Positions 19,262 through 28,390 of a stretch of DNA of 64,000 bases are shown here, one piece after another. Both the position numbers and the translations under genes were made by a program. The notes beneath the pieces are model-generated. The model worked only from the letters and a program-made list of their open reading frames with translations, had not been told where the DNA came from and did no database searches. The stretch comes from Candidatus Altimarinota bacterium. Its GTDB lineage: Bacteria; Patescibacteriota; Gracilibacteria; JBDHUY01. Positions within the stretch are counted from its first letter, which is position 1. Every line of letters starts with the position of its first letter. Location of the stretch: contig JBDHUY010000010.1 of the NCBI GenBank assembly GCA_039809385.1, positions 8,995 to 72,994 on the forward strand, written 5' to 3'.

Positions 19262-19352
19262 GGACTTGTGGGCGGTAGCCCTCGACCGACCTCATTCGAG
19301 AGTTGGTCAACAAGTTCATTAAAAAGCCAAATAGTATATATCTGGCCTTTTT
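19262..19352 (+). ncRNA. Candidate three-way-junction small RNA with terminator
   Basis: Outer stem ggacttgt/acaagttc encloses the hairpins gggc-ggta-gccc and gaccgac-ctc-attc-gag-a-gttggtc; then aaaaagcca...tggcc and a T run. Confidence 0.45.
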
Positions 19353-19498
19353 TGGAATAAACCATTATATTGATTGGGATGTAAATTTACCATGTTGAGA
19401 ATAGGGTAAAAATCAGAATTTGCATCAGAAAAAATTATGGGTATACTATAAATGTAGCGCAAGTTACCCTGTCCGCCGGAGGCGGATCCGATATCCAG

Positions 19499-19527
19499 AC
19501 CTCGCTTTTAGGAGCGGGGTTTTTTTA
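19499..19527. terminator. Terminator hairpin overlapping the NYN stop codon (T tract on +)
   Basis: acctcgctt-tta-ggagcggggt followed by a long T run. Confidence 0.7.
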
Positions 19528-20158
19528 TGCGGGTAATGTGGCTTTTGATCTTCTGTGCATTGATATAGACATCGGCTGTTTCTTTGAGCGTATGAAATAC
19601 CTGCCCTGAGGCTACAATCATGATCTTTTTATGTTTGCGCTTTAAAAATCTCGTCAGATGGGCAAAATCACTGTCTCCCGACAGGAGACAGAAGGTATCA
19701 TATTTATCCATCAAACGAATGGCGTCGACGCTGATTTCGACATCGAAGTTACTTTTGGGTATTTCAATATATTGTCCGAGAGCGTCTTCTTTTCTGGTTC
19801 TGGTTGTGTTTCCTGTAAGCTCGATTTCGTTTAAATGATGTCTTATGAACTGGATGGGCTTGGTAATTTTGATAAATCCTGATTTTTGGGCCAGGATATT
19901 GATGTGTTGTGAAGATGGCATTCTGGTATGCCAGCCGTAATAGAATCGTTTTTGAATTGAAAAAAGATCCAGAAAGGTGCCTAATTTTACAATATCAACG
20001 ATAATCCTGGAACCATCTTCCAGTGTATTGCCCTGAGCATCACGCTGATCGCGGCCAAACCAATAATTTACATTTCCAAAGTCTACAAAGGTGTAGATTT
20101 TTCCCAGTTTTGACCGGTCAATTCCCAAGCTACTTTGTTTGAAGTCCTGCAGATTCAT
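19508..20158 (-). CDS. NYN domain (LabA/DUF88, PIN-like) nuclease
   Basis: FVDFGN, KSNFDVEISVD, LLSGDSDF, LKETADVYI. Confidence 0.9.
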   Translation of the reverse strand: MNLQDFKQSSLGIDRSKLGKIYTFVDFGNVNYWFGRDQRDAQGNTLEDGSRIIVDIVKLGTFLDLFSIQKRFYYGWHTRMPSSQHINILAQKSGFIKITKPIQFIRHHLNEIELTGNTTRTRKEDALGQYIEIPKSNFDVEISVDAIRLMDKYDTFCLLSGDSDFAHLTRFLKRKHKKIMIVASGQVFHTLKETADVYINAQKIKSHITRIKKPRS

Positions 20159-20458
20159 AAGATCAGATTGTCATGATGGTACAACGTCTTGTATCCTACT
20201 CTTTTTTACGCTGCTTGAAAAGCGGAACAGTGGTTCGTTTCCTTATGGCAAAATGCTAAATAACGATATCGACAACCATTTTATATTGACATATTGTATG
20301 TGCGCGGATAGAATCTTCATCTTTATTTCCCATATGTTCAGTGTTGTATGGCAATCGGTCTTGATATGCCGGTAAGGTACGGGATGAAAGTATCTTCTGC
20401 AAAGACAGGGAATCCTTTGGACAGTTCCAAGCGAGATCTGGTATTTGAGAAGACCCAG

Positions 20459-23400
20459 ATGGATCCGGAAAAAAATGTACAAACAACGGTCCGTTTATTT
20501 GTGCAAAACGTTTTCACGCCTGGGGAATCTCACCATACGCAGCATCAACGGATTGATTGGAAAAATGTTCCTGATGAAGAACTGAAAGCGATGATCAATC
20601 AGTATATTGCTGATCATGGTCTTACTTCGGAGCAATGGCAAAGATCAAGTTGGCTTTTGGAGAATGGCCATCGTTCATTTTACAGGGCTATGTCCAAGTG
20701 GTTTGAAAAATGGGAGAAGTTTCTGGAGTTCATGGAAGTAGCACAATTTGACTGGCAAAAAATTCCCGAAGCTGAACTCAAAGCTGAGGTCGAGCAGTAT
20801 ATCAAGAATCATAATCTCTCGTATGAGCAATGGCAAAGTACAAAATGGCTTAGTAGAAAGGGCCATAATTCGTTCTATGAAGCTATGCGTCAACGTTTTC
20901 AGGGGTGGGAGAACTTTCTGGTATTCATGAGAGTGGTACAAAAGACTATTGATTGGAAGGGAGTCCCCGAAGCTGAACTCAAAGGTGAGATCGAGCGGTA
21001 TATTAAGAATAATGATCTCTCGAATGAGCAGTGGCAAAATTCAAGGTGGCTTAGTAGAAAGGGCCATAATTCGTTCTATGAAGCTATGCGTCAACGTTTT
21101 CAGGGGTGGGAGAACTTTCTGGTATTCATGAGAGTGGTACAAAAGACTATTGATTGGAAGGGAGTCCCCGAAGCTGAGCTCAAAGCTGAGGTCGCGCAGT
21201 ATATCAAGAATAATGATCTCTCGAACGAGCAGTGGCAAAATTCAAAGTGGCTTCATGAAAACGGCCATCAGTTATTCTATAAAGCTATGCGTATCCGCTT
21301 TCAGGGCTGGGAAAACTTTCTGGTCTTCATGGACATTACAAAATTTGACTGGCAAGAAGTTCCCGAAGCCGAACTCAAAGCTGAGATCAAGCGGTATATC
21401 AAGAATCATGATCTCTCGAATGAGCAATGGCAAAATTCATATTGGCTTGGTAGAAACAGCCATAGCCCATTTTACCTAGCCATGCGTACCCGCTTTCAGG
21501 GCTGGGAAAACTTTCTGGTCTTCATGGACATTACAAAATTTGACTGGCAAGAAGTTCCCGAAGCCGAACTCAAAGCTGAGATCAAGCGGTATATCAAGAA
21601 TCATGATCTCTCGAATGAGCAATGGCAAAATTCATATTGGCTTGGTAGAAACAACCATCAGTTATTTTATAAAGCCATGTTTAAACGCTTTAAAGCATGG
21701 GAAACCTTTCTCAGGTTCATGGGGATTGTAATAAAAGAACAGATTCATTGGCAGATCATTCCTGAAAATCAACTGAAAGCAACTATCCAACAATATATTC
21801 ATAACCATAAACTGACACCGGAGCAATGGCAAAATTCATATTGGCTTCGGGGAAACAGTCATAACCCATTTTACATAGCCATGCGTACCCGCTTTCAGGG
21901 GTGGGAAAACTTTCTGACGTTCATGGCAGTCACTAGCAATCCTTTGCAGAAGCTCACACGGTCTTTGACTGAAGATCCGTCTTTGCCCGAAGACAAGCAG
22001 AGAATTGAAGAATACAAAAATATCGTATCCAGCCTGGGCGAGAATACTTTGTTGCAATTTGTTTTGGCTACGAACCCCGAGCTACAAGCAAAGGCAAAAG
22101 AGGTTCGGCTGACACTCAAAAAGTGGATTGGTACAACACAAACTGCAGTCTCTTCCGTTCCTCCTATTCCCAGTTTGCCCGAAGCCCTCTTTCTACTCCT
22201 TCCCGAAGCCCGAGAGCTCGCTTTCGTCCTGCTAAGAGAATCATACTTTTCCCATTTTGAAAAGAAAGGTGAAGATGGCCTGCTGGAACTTGAACAACGT
22301 GTCTCCGAGCAACCGACTCCAACGCATCGCAGCATCTATCAACGGGTATGGGACTACTATGTTGACATCCTCGGTACAGAACCGCCACCAAACATTCGGT
22401 TGTCTCCCAGCCTCCATCAAAAAATGGGTGCTCACGAAATCCAGACCAAAAAGCGGTTTCTCATCGCCGATGATGTGGGAACCGGAAAAACTTTGATCGC
22501 TATCATGGCGAAAGAGCAAATCGAAGCACAACGCCGGAAAAAGTCTGTAGAGAAAAATGAACTCTATCGTCGCAAAAAAACACTGGTTTTATGTCCCAGC
22601 GAAATGGTCGAAACGTGGCACAAACGCTTGGGAGCCGGACAAGAAGGATACTTTCTACCCGACTCTAGCGATCTTCCCCATGTAGTCTGCGTCAACGGTT
22701 CAAAAGATCCCGCAGTATTGGAAAAGGCCGATTATATTGTTATGAACTATGACAAACTCGACCCTCACACTCTGGAGACTCTCATGCGATTACAGGATCT
22801 CGACTACCTGGTTTTGGACGAAGCGCATAATGTCAAAAACATCGACGGCAAATGGAGCCGGTACGTACGCCAACTCTCGCTCGAACACGCGAGCATCAAA
22901 GACGGCTATACCGTGATCCTCTCGGCCACACCGTTGCCCAACAAGATCCACGAAGACCTGCCGGTCATGCTGCAGATGCTCCAACCGGAAAAATATCCCG
23001 ATCTCGCGTTCCTCAAAAAACAGATCAACAACAGTAACGGGATGCTCATCCGTTCGATCCTGATGCACTCGATGCTCAGACATACCCAAACAGAAGTGTT
23101 GCATAGTTTGCCGAATCTCATTGATCCTCTGGTGCAAGGAAACGGCGGTCTGATTCGCTATGACCTGACTCCGGCCGAAAAAGCCTTGTACCAGTCAGTT
23201 CAGGAGGACGAGCACCTGAGCGGACTACAAAAACTATCAAAGCTCAATCAAATCTGTCTGGATCCCTGCTTTGTCGATTCCTCTATCGCCGAATCTTCCA
23301 AATATCGGGAATTGTCTCAAGTATTGAGCCACGATCTTACTTACACCGATAACGTGGTGGTGTTTGTCTCTCATTTCCGGGACGGAATAACCCGCGATTT

Positions 23401-25048
23401 CAAAGAAGAAGAAAAAGAAGATATGCACCTCTTAGCGAAGTTGAAACGCGACCCCGATTTTGCCGGAGTAAATTTTTACCGCATCGACGGCAAAGCCGGG
23501 AAAAACGGCGAGGGCAAAGAACTGTCCCGGGAAAATATTTTAAAAACGGTCAGAAATACTCCCCAGGGTACCAAAAACGTTATCCTGGCTACCATTGATA
23601 CCGCGAGTGAAGGGATCGATATGACATTTGCCTCGCGGGTCATTTTCCCCAATTTGCCCTATACCAAAGCCGCGTATCATCAAGCCTTGGGGCGCTTGTA
23701 TCGTCCCGGACAGACCGAGGATGTACATGCTTCGGTATTAGTAGCGAATAGTACCACCGAAGAAGGCAACTTCGTATATATCAAGACCAAAGATCTGCTG
23801 ATCCAAGAGATACTGGACGGCAAGATCATTACGGATGAGGAATGGGAAGAAATTTCACGCGATTTCAAAACGAGCACCAATAGTTTGCTTTCGTTCATGA
23901 CCAAGACTGATCACCAGAAACTCCTGTGGCTGTGGGGGAACATGGCCGGACGCGGGGCCGAGAGTTTAAAAAACTTCTTTGAACGCTACGGCGGTCAGTA
24001 TGCCAAAGAGTTTGTGCGGTTATATATGGAAACTTTTGAGACTTCCTATGGCGGCAGCAACTTTCGCTTTTTATGCCGCAATATTTTGGAACCACTCTTT
24101 CAGGAACGAGCTGATCTTCAAAAAATCGCTGATCTGGGATCCGGCCCCTTGGCACTAGCTGCCTATCTTGGCCAGGCTCATCCGGATAAAGAGATCCATG
24201 CGCTTGACTTGAACCGCTTTGCCATTGAGGCGGGCCAGAAAAATCTTGTCGACAAACAAATTCCGTTCAACGGCACCGCCGAAGTCGGCAGTTTTACCAA
24301 AACCAATTTTGAGAATGGTAGCCAAGATATGGCGATCTGTTCCTTAGCCTTTCACGCCACCCATCATCCCAACCAAGCCAAAAAAAGTGAGGAATCGGAA
24401 CGAGCTCAGGCACTGTTTGAGTTCCATCGTATCTTACGCCAAGGCGGCGTGCTCGTACTTCTCGAAAAAAAGAGCATCCTGCAGGATGAAGAGCTGATCC
24501 GCTTTGGCAATGAACTCAAAAACTTTGGATTCCGGATTATTCCGAACCTTACCGGACGGGGATACTGTGCGGATGCCGCCGAGAACGGCAGTACCAAGGA
24601 GTTTGAAAATATTTCGATCGTGTGCGAAAAAATAAGCGAGCCGGTTTTTGATAAGATTAATTTGACGCATCTGGCATTTACGAAAAAGACCAAGAAAGTT
24701 CCATCTGGCACAACTACCCAAGAGCTTCCAGTTGATCAGACGCCGAAAGAATACAAGCACCATCGATTTGAGATCAAACCGCTATTTGAGCAAGAACCAG
24801 CTGCTTCCGACAAAGAGCAACAGGAAAAAGAAAAACAACGAGCCGAACGAGAGCGTATTCACCAACTGCTTCTGACTAAAATTCAGATTCTCATTGTCAA
24901 GCAGAGTAGCTTGGAAAAAACGATTCACGAAATTCGCGAACTCGGCGGCAAAATCGTTAAAACCCGCAATAAATCGGGAAGTAAAGATTACCAGATCTGG
25001 TTTGAACATACATATCTGGGCAATCTGGAAGTGCTGATAAAAAATTAG
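20459..25048 (+). CDS. Tandem-repeat / SNF2-family ATPase / class I SAM methyltransferase fusion protein
   Basis: Seven 65-68-aa repeats; IADDVGTGKT, LVLCPS, DEAH, LSATP, SEGIDMT, QALGRLYRPGQ; IADLGSGP, HALDLN, CSLAFH, FHRILRQGG. Probable ATG at 20459. Confidence 0.88.
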   Translation: MDPEKNVQTTVRLFVQNVFTPGESHHTQHQRIDWKNVPDEELKAMINQYIADHGLTSEQWQRSSWLLENGHRSFYRAMSKWFEKWEKFLEFMEVAQFDWQKIPEAELKAEVEQYIKNHNLSYEQWQSTKWLSRKGHNSFYEAMRQRFQGWENFLVFMRVVQKTIDWKGVPEAELKGEIERYIKNNDLSNEQWQNSRWLSRKGHNSFYEAMRQRFQGWENFLVFMRVVQKTIDWKGVPEAELKAEVAQYIKNNDLSNEQWQNSKWLHENGHQLFYKAMRIRFQGWENFLVFMDITKFDWQEVPEAELKAEIKRYIKNHDLSNEQWQNSYWLGRNSHSPFYLAMRTRFQGWENFLVFMDITKFDWQEVPEAELKAEIKRYIKNHDLSNEQWQNSYWLGRNNHQLFYKAMFKRFKAWETFLRFMGIVIKEQIHWQIIPENQLKATIQQYIHNHKLTPEQWQNSYWLRGNSHNPFYIAMRTRFQGWENFLTFMAVTSNPLQKLTRSLTEDPSLPEDKQRIEEYKNIVSSLGENTLLQFVLATNPELQAKAKEVRLTLKKWIGTTQTAVSSVPPIPSLPEALFLLLPEARELAFVLLRESYFSHFEKKGEDGLLELEQRVSEQPTPTHRSIYQRVWDYYVDILGTEPPPNIRLSPSLHQKMGAHEIQTKKRFLIADDVGTGKTLIAIMAKEQIEAQRRKKSVEKNELYRRKKTLVLCPSEMVETWHKRLGAGQEGYFLPDSSDLPHVVCVNGSKDPAVLEKADYIVMNYDKLDPHTLETLMRLQDLDYLVLDEAHNVKNIDGKWSRYVRQLSLEHASIKDGYTVILSATPLPNKIHEDLPVMLQMLQPEKYPDLAFLKKQINNSNGMLIRSILMHSMLRHTQTEVLHSLPNLIDPLVQGNGGLIRYDLTPAEKALYQSVQEDEHLSGLQKLSKLNQICLDPCFVDSSIAESSKYRELSQVLSHDLTYTDNVVVFVSHFRDGITRDFKEEEKEDMHLLAKLKRDPDFAGVNFYRIDGKAGKNGEGKELSRENILKTVRNTPQGTKNVILATIDTASEGIDMTFASRVIFPNLPYTKAAYHQALGRLYRPGQTEDVHASVLVANSTTEEGNFVYIKTKDLLIQEILDGKIITDEEWEEISRDFKTSTNSLLSFMTKTDHQKLLWLWGNMAGRGAESLKNFFERYGGQYAKEFVRLYMETFETSYGGSNFRFLCRNILEPLFQERADLQKIADLGSGPLALAAYLGQAHPDKEIHALDLNRFAIEAGQKNLVDKQIPFNGTAEVGSFTKTNFENGSQDMAICSLAFHATHHPNQAKKSEESERAQALFEFHRILRQGGVLVLLEKKSILQDEELIRFGNELKNFGFRIIPNLTGRGYCADAAENGSTKEFENISIVCEKISEPVFDKINLTHLAFTKKTKKVPSGTTTQELPVDQTPKEYKHHRFEIKPLFEQEPAASDKEQQEKEKQRAERERIHQLLLTKIQILIVKQSSLEKTIHEIRELGGKIVKTRNKSGSKDYQIWFEHTYLGNLEVLIKN
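20552..21938 (+). repeat. Seven coding tandem repeats of 195-204 bp
   Basis: Consensus (I/F)DW..VPEAELKAEI..YIKNHDLS.EQWQNS.WL..N.H..FY.AMR.RFQGWENFL.FM; long identical DNA stretches between neighbouring units. Confidence 0.95.
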
Positions 25049-25079
25049 CTGCCAATCTTATTTCATAAGCTATTTTGAT

Positions 25080-25601
25080 ATGGCAAAAAGAAAAGATGTC
25101 AATACTCCTTCATTTTCCTCTGGAGTGACCAATCATATTATTCCTAGGCAGTCAGATACAAAGGAGATTGGTTCATTACAAGAAAAGGTTCACAACGAAG
25201 TCTTGGCTGCGGTGGATTTTACCAAACCTGCCGAGGAAGTCGCCCGGCAACTAATTGGTAAGAAAATAAAAAGAGTGCTCCAAGACGGCACCACCATCGA
25301 AGCCCTTATTACCAAAGTCGTTGCTTACACCAAAGAAGATAACGAAAAAGGAAAATACAAAGCCATTCTCACAGGAGAGCCGGGAGATCTGATCGTTACT
25401 AACACGATGGGACATCTGATTATGAATATCATTACCCAGGACAGCAGCTGCATAACCCTGCAGTCAATTCAACACAATGGCAAAGCGATCGAGGGTAAAG
25501 GGAAGGTGAGTAAAGCCTTAGAGATCAAAGGGATTGGGAAGGGGCAAAAAGTGACTGGCGTGAATGTAACGCATCCGGGTGCTGTATTGACCATTGAATA
25601 G
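25080..25601 (+). CDS. Divergent 3-methylpurine DNA glycosylase (Mpg/AAG)-fold protein
   Basis: FTKPAEEVARQLIGKKI, GEPGDL, MNIIT and GKGKVSKALEI match Mpg blocks, but ETEAY is replaced by KVVAY. Confidence 0.7.
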   Translation: MAKRKDVNTPSFSSGVTNHIIPRQSDTKEIGSLQEKVHNEVLAAVDFTKPAEEVARQLIGKKIKRVLQDGTTIEALITKVVAYTKEDNEKGKYKAILTGEPGDLIVTNTMGHLIMNIITQDSSCITLQSIQHNGKAIEGKGKVSKALEIKGIGKGQKVTGVNVTHPGAVLTIE

Positions 25602-25795
25602 TTGTTCCTCGAGGTGCTGTAAAATCAAAATTCCACGGCCATTGAGTCAGGAGTGAGAATTTTCCAGACAGGTTATTGCATTTGTTCTGGATTTTTCGAA
25701 GAGGTCTCTGATATGGTACGCATTTCCGTATCCATCCGAAGGTACCGGCAAATACCGCGGTACATATTTTCAGCAGTACCTCACGAGGTTTCCTG

Positions 25796-25829
25796 AAAAA
25801 GCTGATTCATGGTATAATATAAAGATTTA
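25796..25829 (+). promoter_or_regulatory. Extended -10 promoter of the vWA gene
   Basis: TGGTATAAT (TATAAT at 25813-18) within aaaaagc.ga....ggtataata..aaga.tt, a context shared with the AAA gene upstream region. Confidence 0.6.
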
Positions 25830-25870
25830 CAGAAATTGTCTGGACTTTTGCTCCTTCTATTAGCGTTACC

Positions 25871-28231
25871 ATGCCTCTTTCTTCCACGAATAATAGCCCA
25901 CCGGAACAATCCGAAAGCGGACCACTCAAAAAAAAAGTTTCCCTGAAGGATTTGATGGATCGCTACAAAGAAACACCGCTCGGAAATGTTTCACGCCGTT
26001 TCCAGGAGGAGTTTTTCACCCCCGCCGCCGCCGCGCTTTTTACTACCTTTGCCGGAGATACGTCGCTCCGTTTTGCAGTAGTGGCAGATGAACAGATCTC
26101 AACCGCCGCCATCAACCCCAAAACCGGCCAGGTAATGATCGGAAAATCGCTGGCACAGGCCTGCCTGGAGGGTGAAAGAAAGAATGACGTCACTTTTAAT
26201 CATACCCTACTCAGATTTATCTTTGCCCATGAGATCGGCCATTATAAGGATCTGTGCCATGGAGGAGACAAGCCGATCGGATTCAGCCAGAAGCTCAAGC
26301 GGTTTCAGGAATGGAACGACCGGTTAAATCAAAAGATCTGGGATACCTGGGAAAACGACTTCGGCGCTTTTCACAAAGGCAAAGTCGAACGGGGCGAGAA
26401 CCGTGCTTGTCCGCTCCATTTTCTCTATCATGAATTTTTCAACAAACTCGACGATACCCTGGTAAACCGCAGGGCTCAAAAAGGCTTTAAAAGTCTCCGG
26501 CCGGGAAGTTTCCAATTACCCGACTTTTATGAATATACGCTGTTTCAAAGCACCTCCTACAATCGGATGAATACCCCTCTGTGCGGCCAGCTGGGCAACT
26601 ACCTGCTCCAAAAGATCGAGACCCCCCATCTGCAGATCGAAGTCGATCCGGAAGTACAGGCTGAACTGGAAGTACAGTACGACTTTAATGGCAAAAAACA
26701 GACACTCTTGCAGATACTGGCCTATCTATCCGATAAGTTTGACTCCCAATACGCCGCGATCCGCTATCCCGACAAGTATGAAAAATATTTTCTGCCCGCG
26801 TTTGAGCGGCTCCTAAAAAAAGACCGTGAATTTAATGAACGGCTGCAGGACTTTATGGAACAACTGGAGAAACAGCAAGATCAGAATGGAGAGCAACCTC
26901 AATCGGGCCAGGGTCCCGCAGGATCCCCTAATCCCTTTTCGCGCCGCTCACAGGAGATTGCGGATAAAGCGCGCGAGGCCGAGAAAAACGATCAGGGCAG
27001 AATCAAAGACCGGCAGGCAAAAAATAAAGAAGAAAGTAAAAGCGATCAGCAAAAAGCCGAGGATCAGATGAGAAAGCAGGCCGCTTCGTTTGCCGGAGAA
27101 CGAAGTCTGCCCCTGGAAAAGACACAGCGGTATTTTGAACTCAGAGCCGAGTTTGAACCCGAGATCGAAGAATTGTCCGATTTTATCGTGCATATTCTGC
27201 TGCGAAATAAAACTACTGCCGTCTCAATTCTGGAAAAACGACAGAAGTCAGGCAACCTGCTAGTGAAAAACCTGATCAAAAAATACGCCGGCATTATCAG
27301 TGGGGACAAAGAAGCCACCCGGGTATTTGAACGCAAGATCACGACCGATACCTATCGACCGCGTAACATCGGCATGATGTTTCGGATGGTGATCGACAAC
27401 TCCGGCAGTATGCGTACGCTAATGCCCGAGCTGGAAGGAGTTTTTGTCATCATCACGCACGCCATCCGGCGCGCCCAGCAGATGCTGATCCAGACATACC
27501 ACTTACCGGAAGTACGTTTGCAATCCCAGATGATCTTATTTGGAAACGCCCGGCAGGAAGGGGATCCCCATTCCGGAGCCCGTCTGATCAAGCCCGGGAG
27601 CTCTCCCGATCAGGAGGAGGGAGATTTTGACGCAGAGCTGATCCAAGCGCTCGGACATATTACCTGCAATGAAGGTACCGAGGACAGCGATGCCTGGAAA
27701 CTGATCGGTGAAGAATTATTTGATCCGGGGGAAGTAGAGGTCGAAGGGGACAATGAATCGATTTCGGCTAGTCTGGAAGTGACCGACGGCTTTACTGAGC
27801 ATCCGGAAAGAACTCGGCTGTATTTGGAAACCATTCAAGAGTTGGGAATTCATCCCCGCTGTGCCTATATCGAAAACAACCAGCCGCTGGATCAATCTTT
27901 ATCCGACCGCACCCGGAGTATTCGTGAGGAGATGGCCTCTGCCTATCAGAATCCCGCGCGCATGCAAGAACTCCAGGAGCAGCTTCGCAGCGTCGAGCAA
28001 CAATGGTATCTGCAAAACGAGCAATTGCTTGAAAACAATCCGTCTACAGAAGTGTGGGGTGATAGAATGTCGATCATGAAAGATACCCGCGATATTCTTC
28101 CCCTGGTGGAAATCATGCTGATGGAGGCAGTAAACCAGGTCGACGAGCAACTTGAACAAAATCAGCATTTTTCGCTAACCGGGCATTTCACAGAGAAGGC
28201 TCTACAAAGAGGAAAGGATGCTGCGAATTAA
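25871..28231 (+). CDS. Zincin-like metallopeptidase plus vWA domain protein
   Basis: FAHEIGH (HExxH) and FNKLDDTLVN; Q/G/E-rich linker; MIDAS DNSGS ... EGTED ... VTDG. Confidence 0.85.
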   Translation: MPLSSTNNSPPEQSESGPLKKKVSLKDLMDRYKETPLGNVSRRFQEEFFTPAAAALFTTFAGDTSLRFAVVADEQISTAAINPKTGQVMIGKSLAQACLEGERKNDVTFNHTLLRFIFAHEIGHYKDLCHGGDKPIGFSQKLKRFQEWNDRLNQKIWDTWENDFGAFHKGKVERGENRACPLHFLYHEFFNKLDDTLVNRRAQKGFKSLRPGSFQLPDFYEYTLFQSTSYNRMNTPLCGQLGNYLLQKIETPHLQIEVDPEVQAELEVQYDFNGKKQTLLQILAYLSDKFDSQYAAIRYPDKYEKYFLPAFERLLKKDREFNERLQDFMEQLEKQQDQNGEQPQSGQGPAGSPNPFSRRSQEIADKAREAEKNDQGRIKDRQAKNKEESKSDQQKAEDQMRKQAASFAGERSLPLEKTQRYFELRAEFEPEIEELSDFIVHILLRNKTTAVSILEKRQKSGNLLVKNLIKKYAGIISGDKEATRVFERKITTDTYRPRNIGMMFRMVIDNSGSMRTLMPELEGVFVIITHAIRRAQQMLIQTYHLPEVRLQSQMILFGNARQEGDPHSGARLIKPGSSPDQEEGDFDAELIQALGHITCNEGTEDSDAWKLIGEELFDPGEVEVEGDNESISASLEVTDGFTEHPERTRLYLETIQELGIHPRCAYIENNQPLDQSLSDRTRSIREEMASAYQNPARMQELQEQLRSVEQQWYLQNEQLLENNPSTEVWGDRMSIMKDTRDILPLVEIMLMEAVNQVDEQLEQNQHFSLTGHFTEKALQRGKDAAN

Positions 28232-28308
28232 GATACGAGCCTCACATAGAATGAACAACAAATATAGCGGCTATATTAGCAAGATATAAAACTATGGAAG
28301 GACTTATA

Positions 28309-28343
28309 AAAAAGCCGAAAATACGGTATAATAGGAAGAATTA
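28309..28343 (+). promoter_or_regulatory. -10 promoter element of the AAA+ gene
   Basis: GGTATAAT (TATAAT at 28327-32), same context as 25796-25829. Confidence 0.55.
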
Positions 28344-28390
28344 TTAAAAACCAACTTTCGATCATTTATCTTTCCCTAACCTTTCTCAGT

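Noticed and set aside
20552-21938. Regular repeats as a CRISPR array
   Set aside because: Units are 195-204 bp, in frame and protein-coding, with no short repeat/unique spacer pattern; no cas genes are present. The same applies to the 69-bp LRR units.
24100-24470. Calling the SNF2-MTase a restriction-modification, DISARM or BREX component
   Set aside because: No NPPY/DPPY or PC catalytic motif, no recognisable nuclease domain, and none of the partner genes of those systems nearby.
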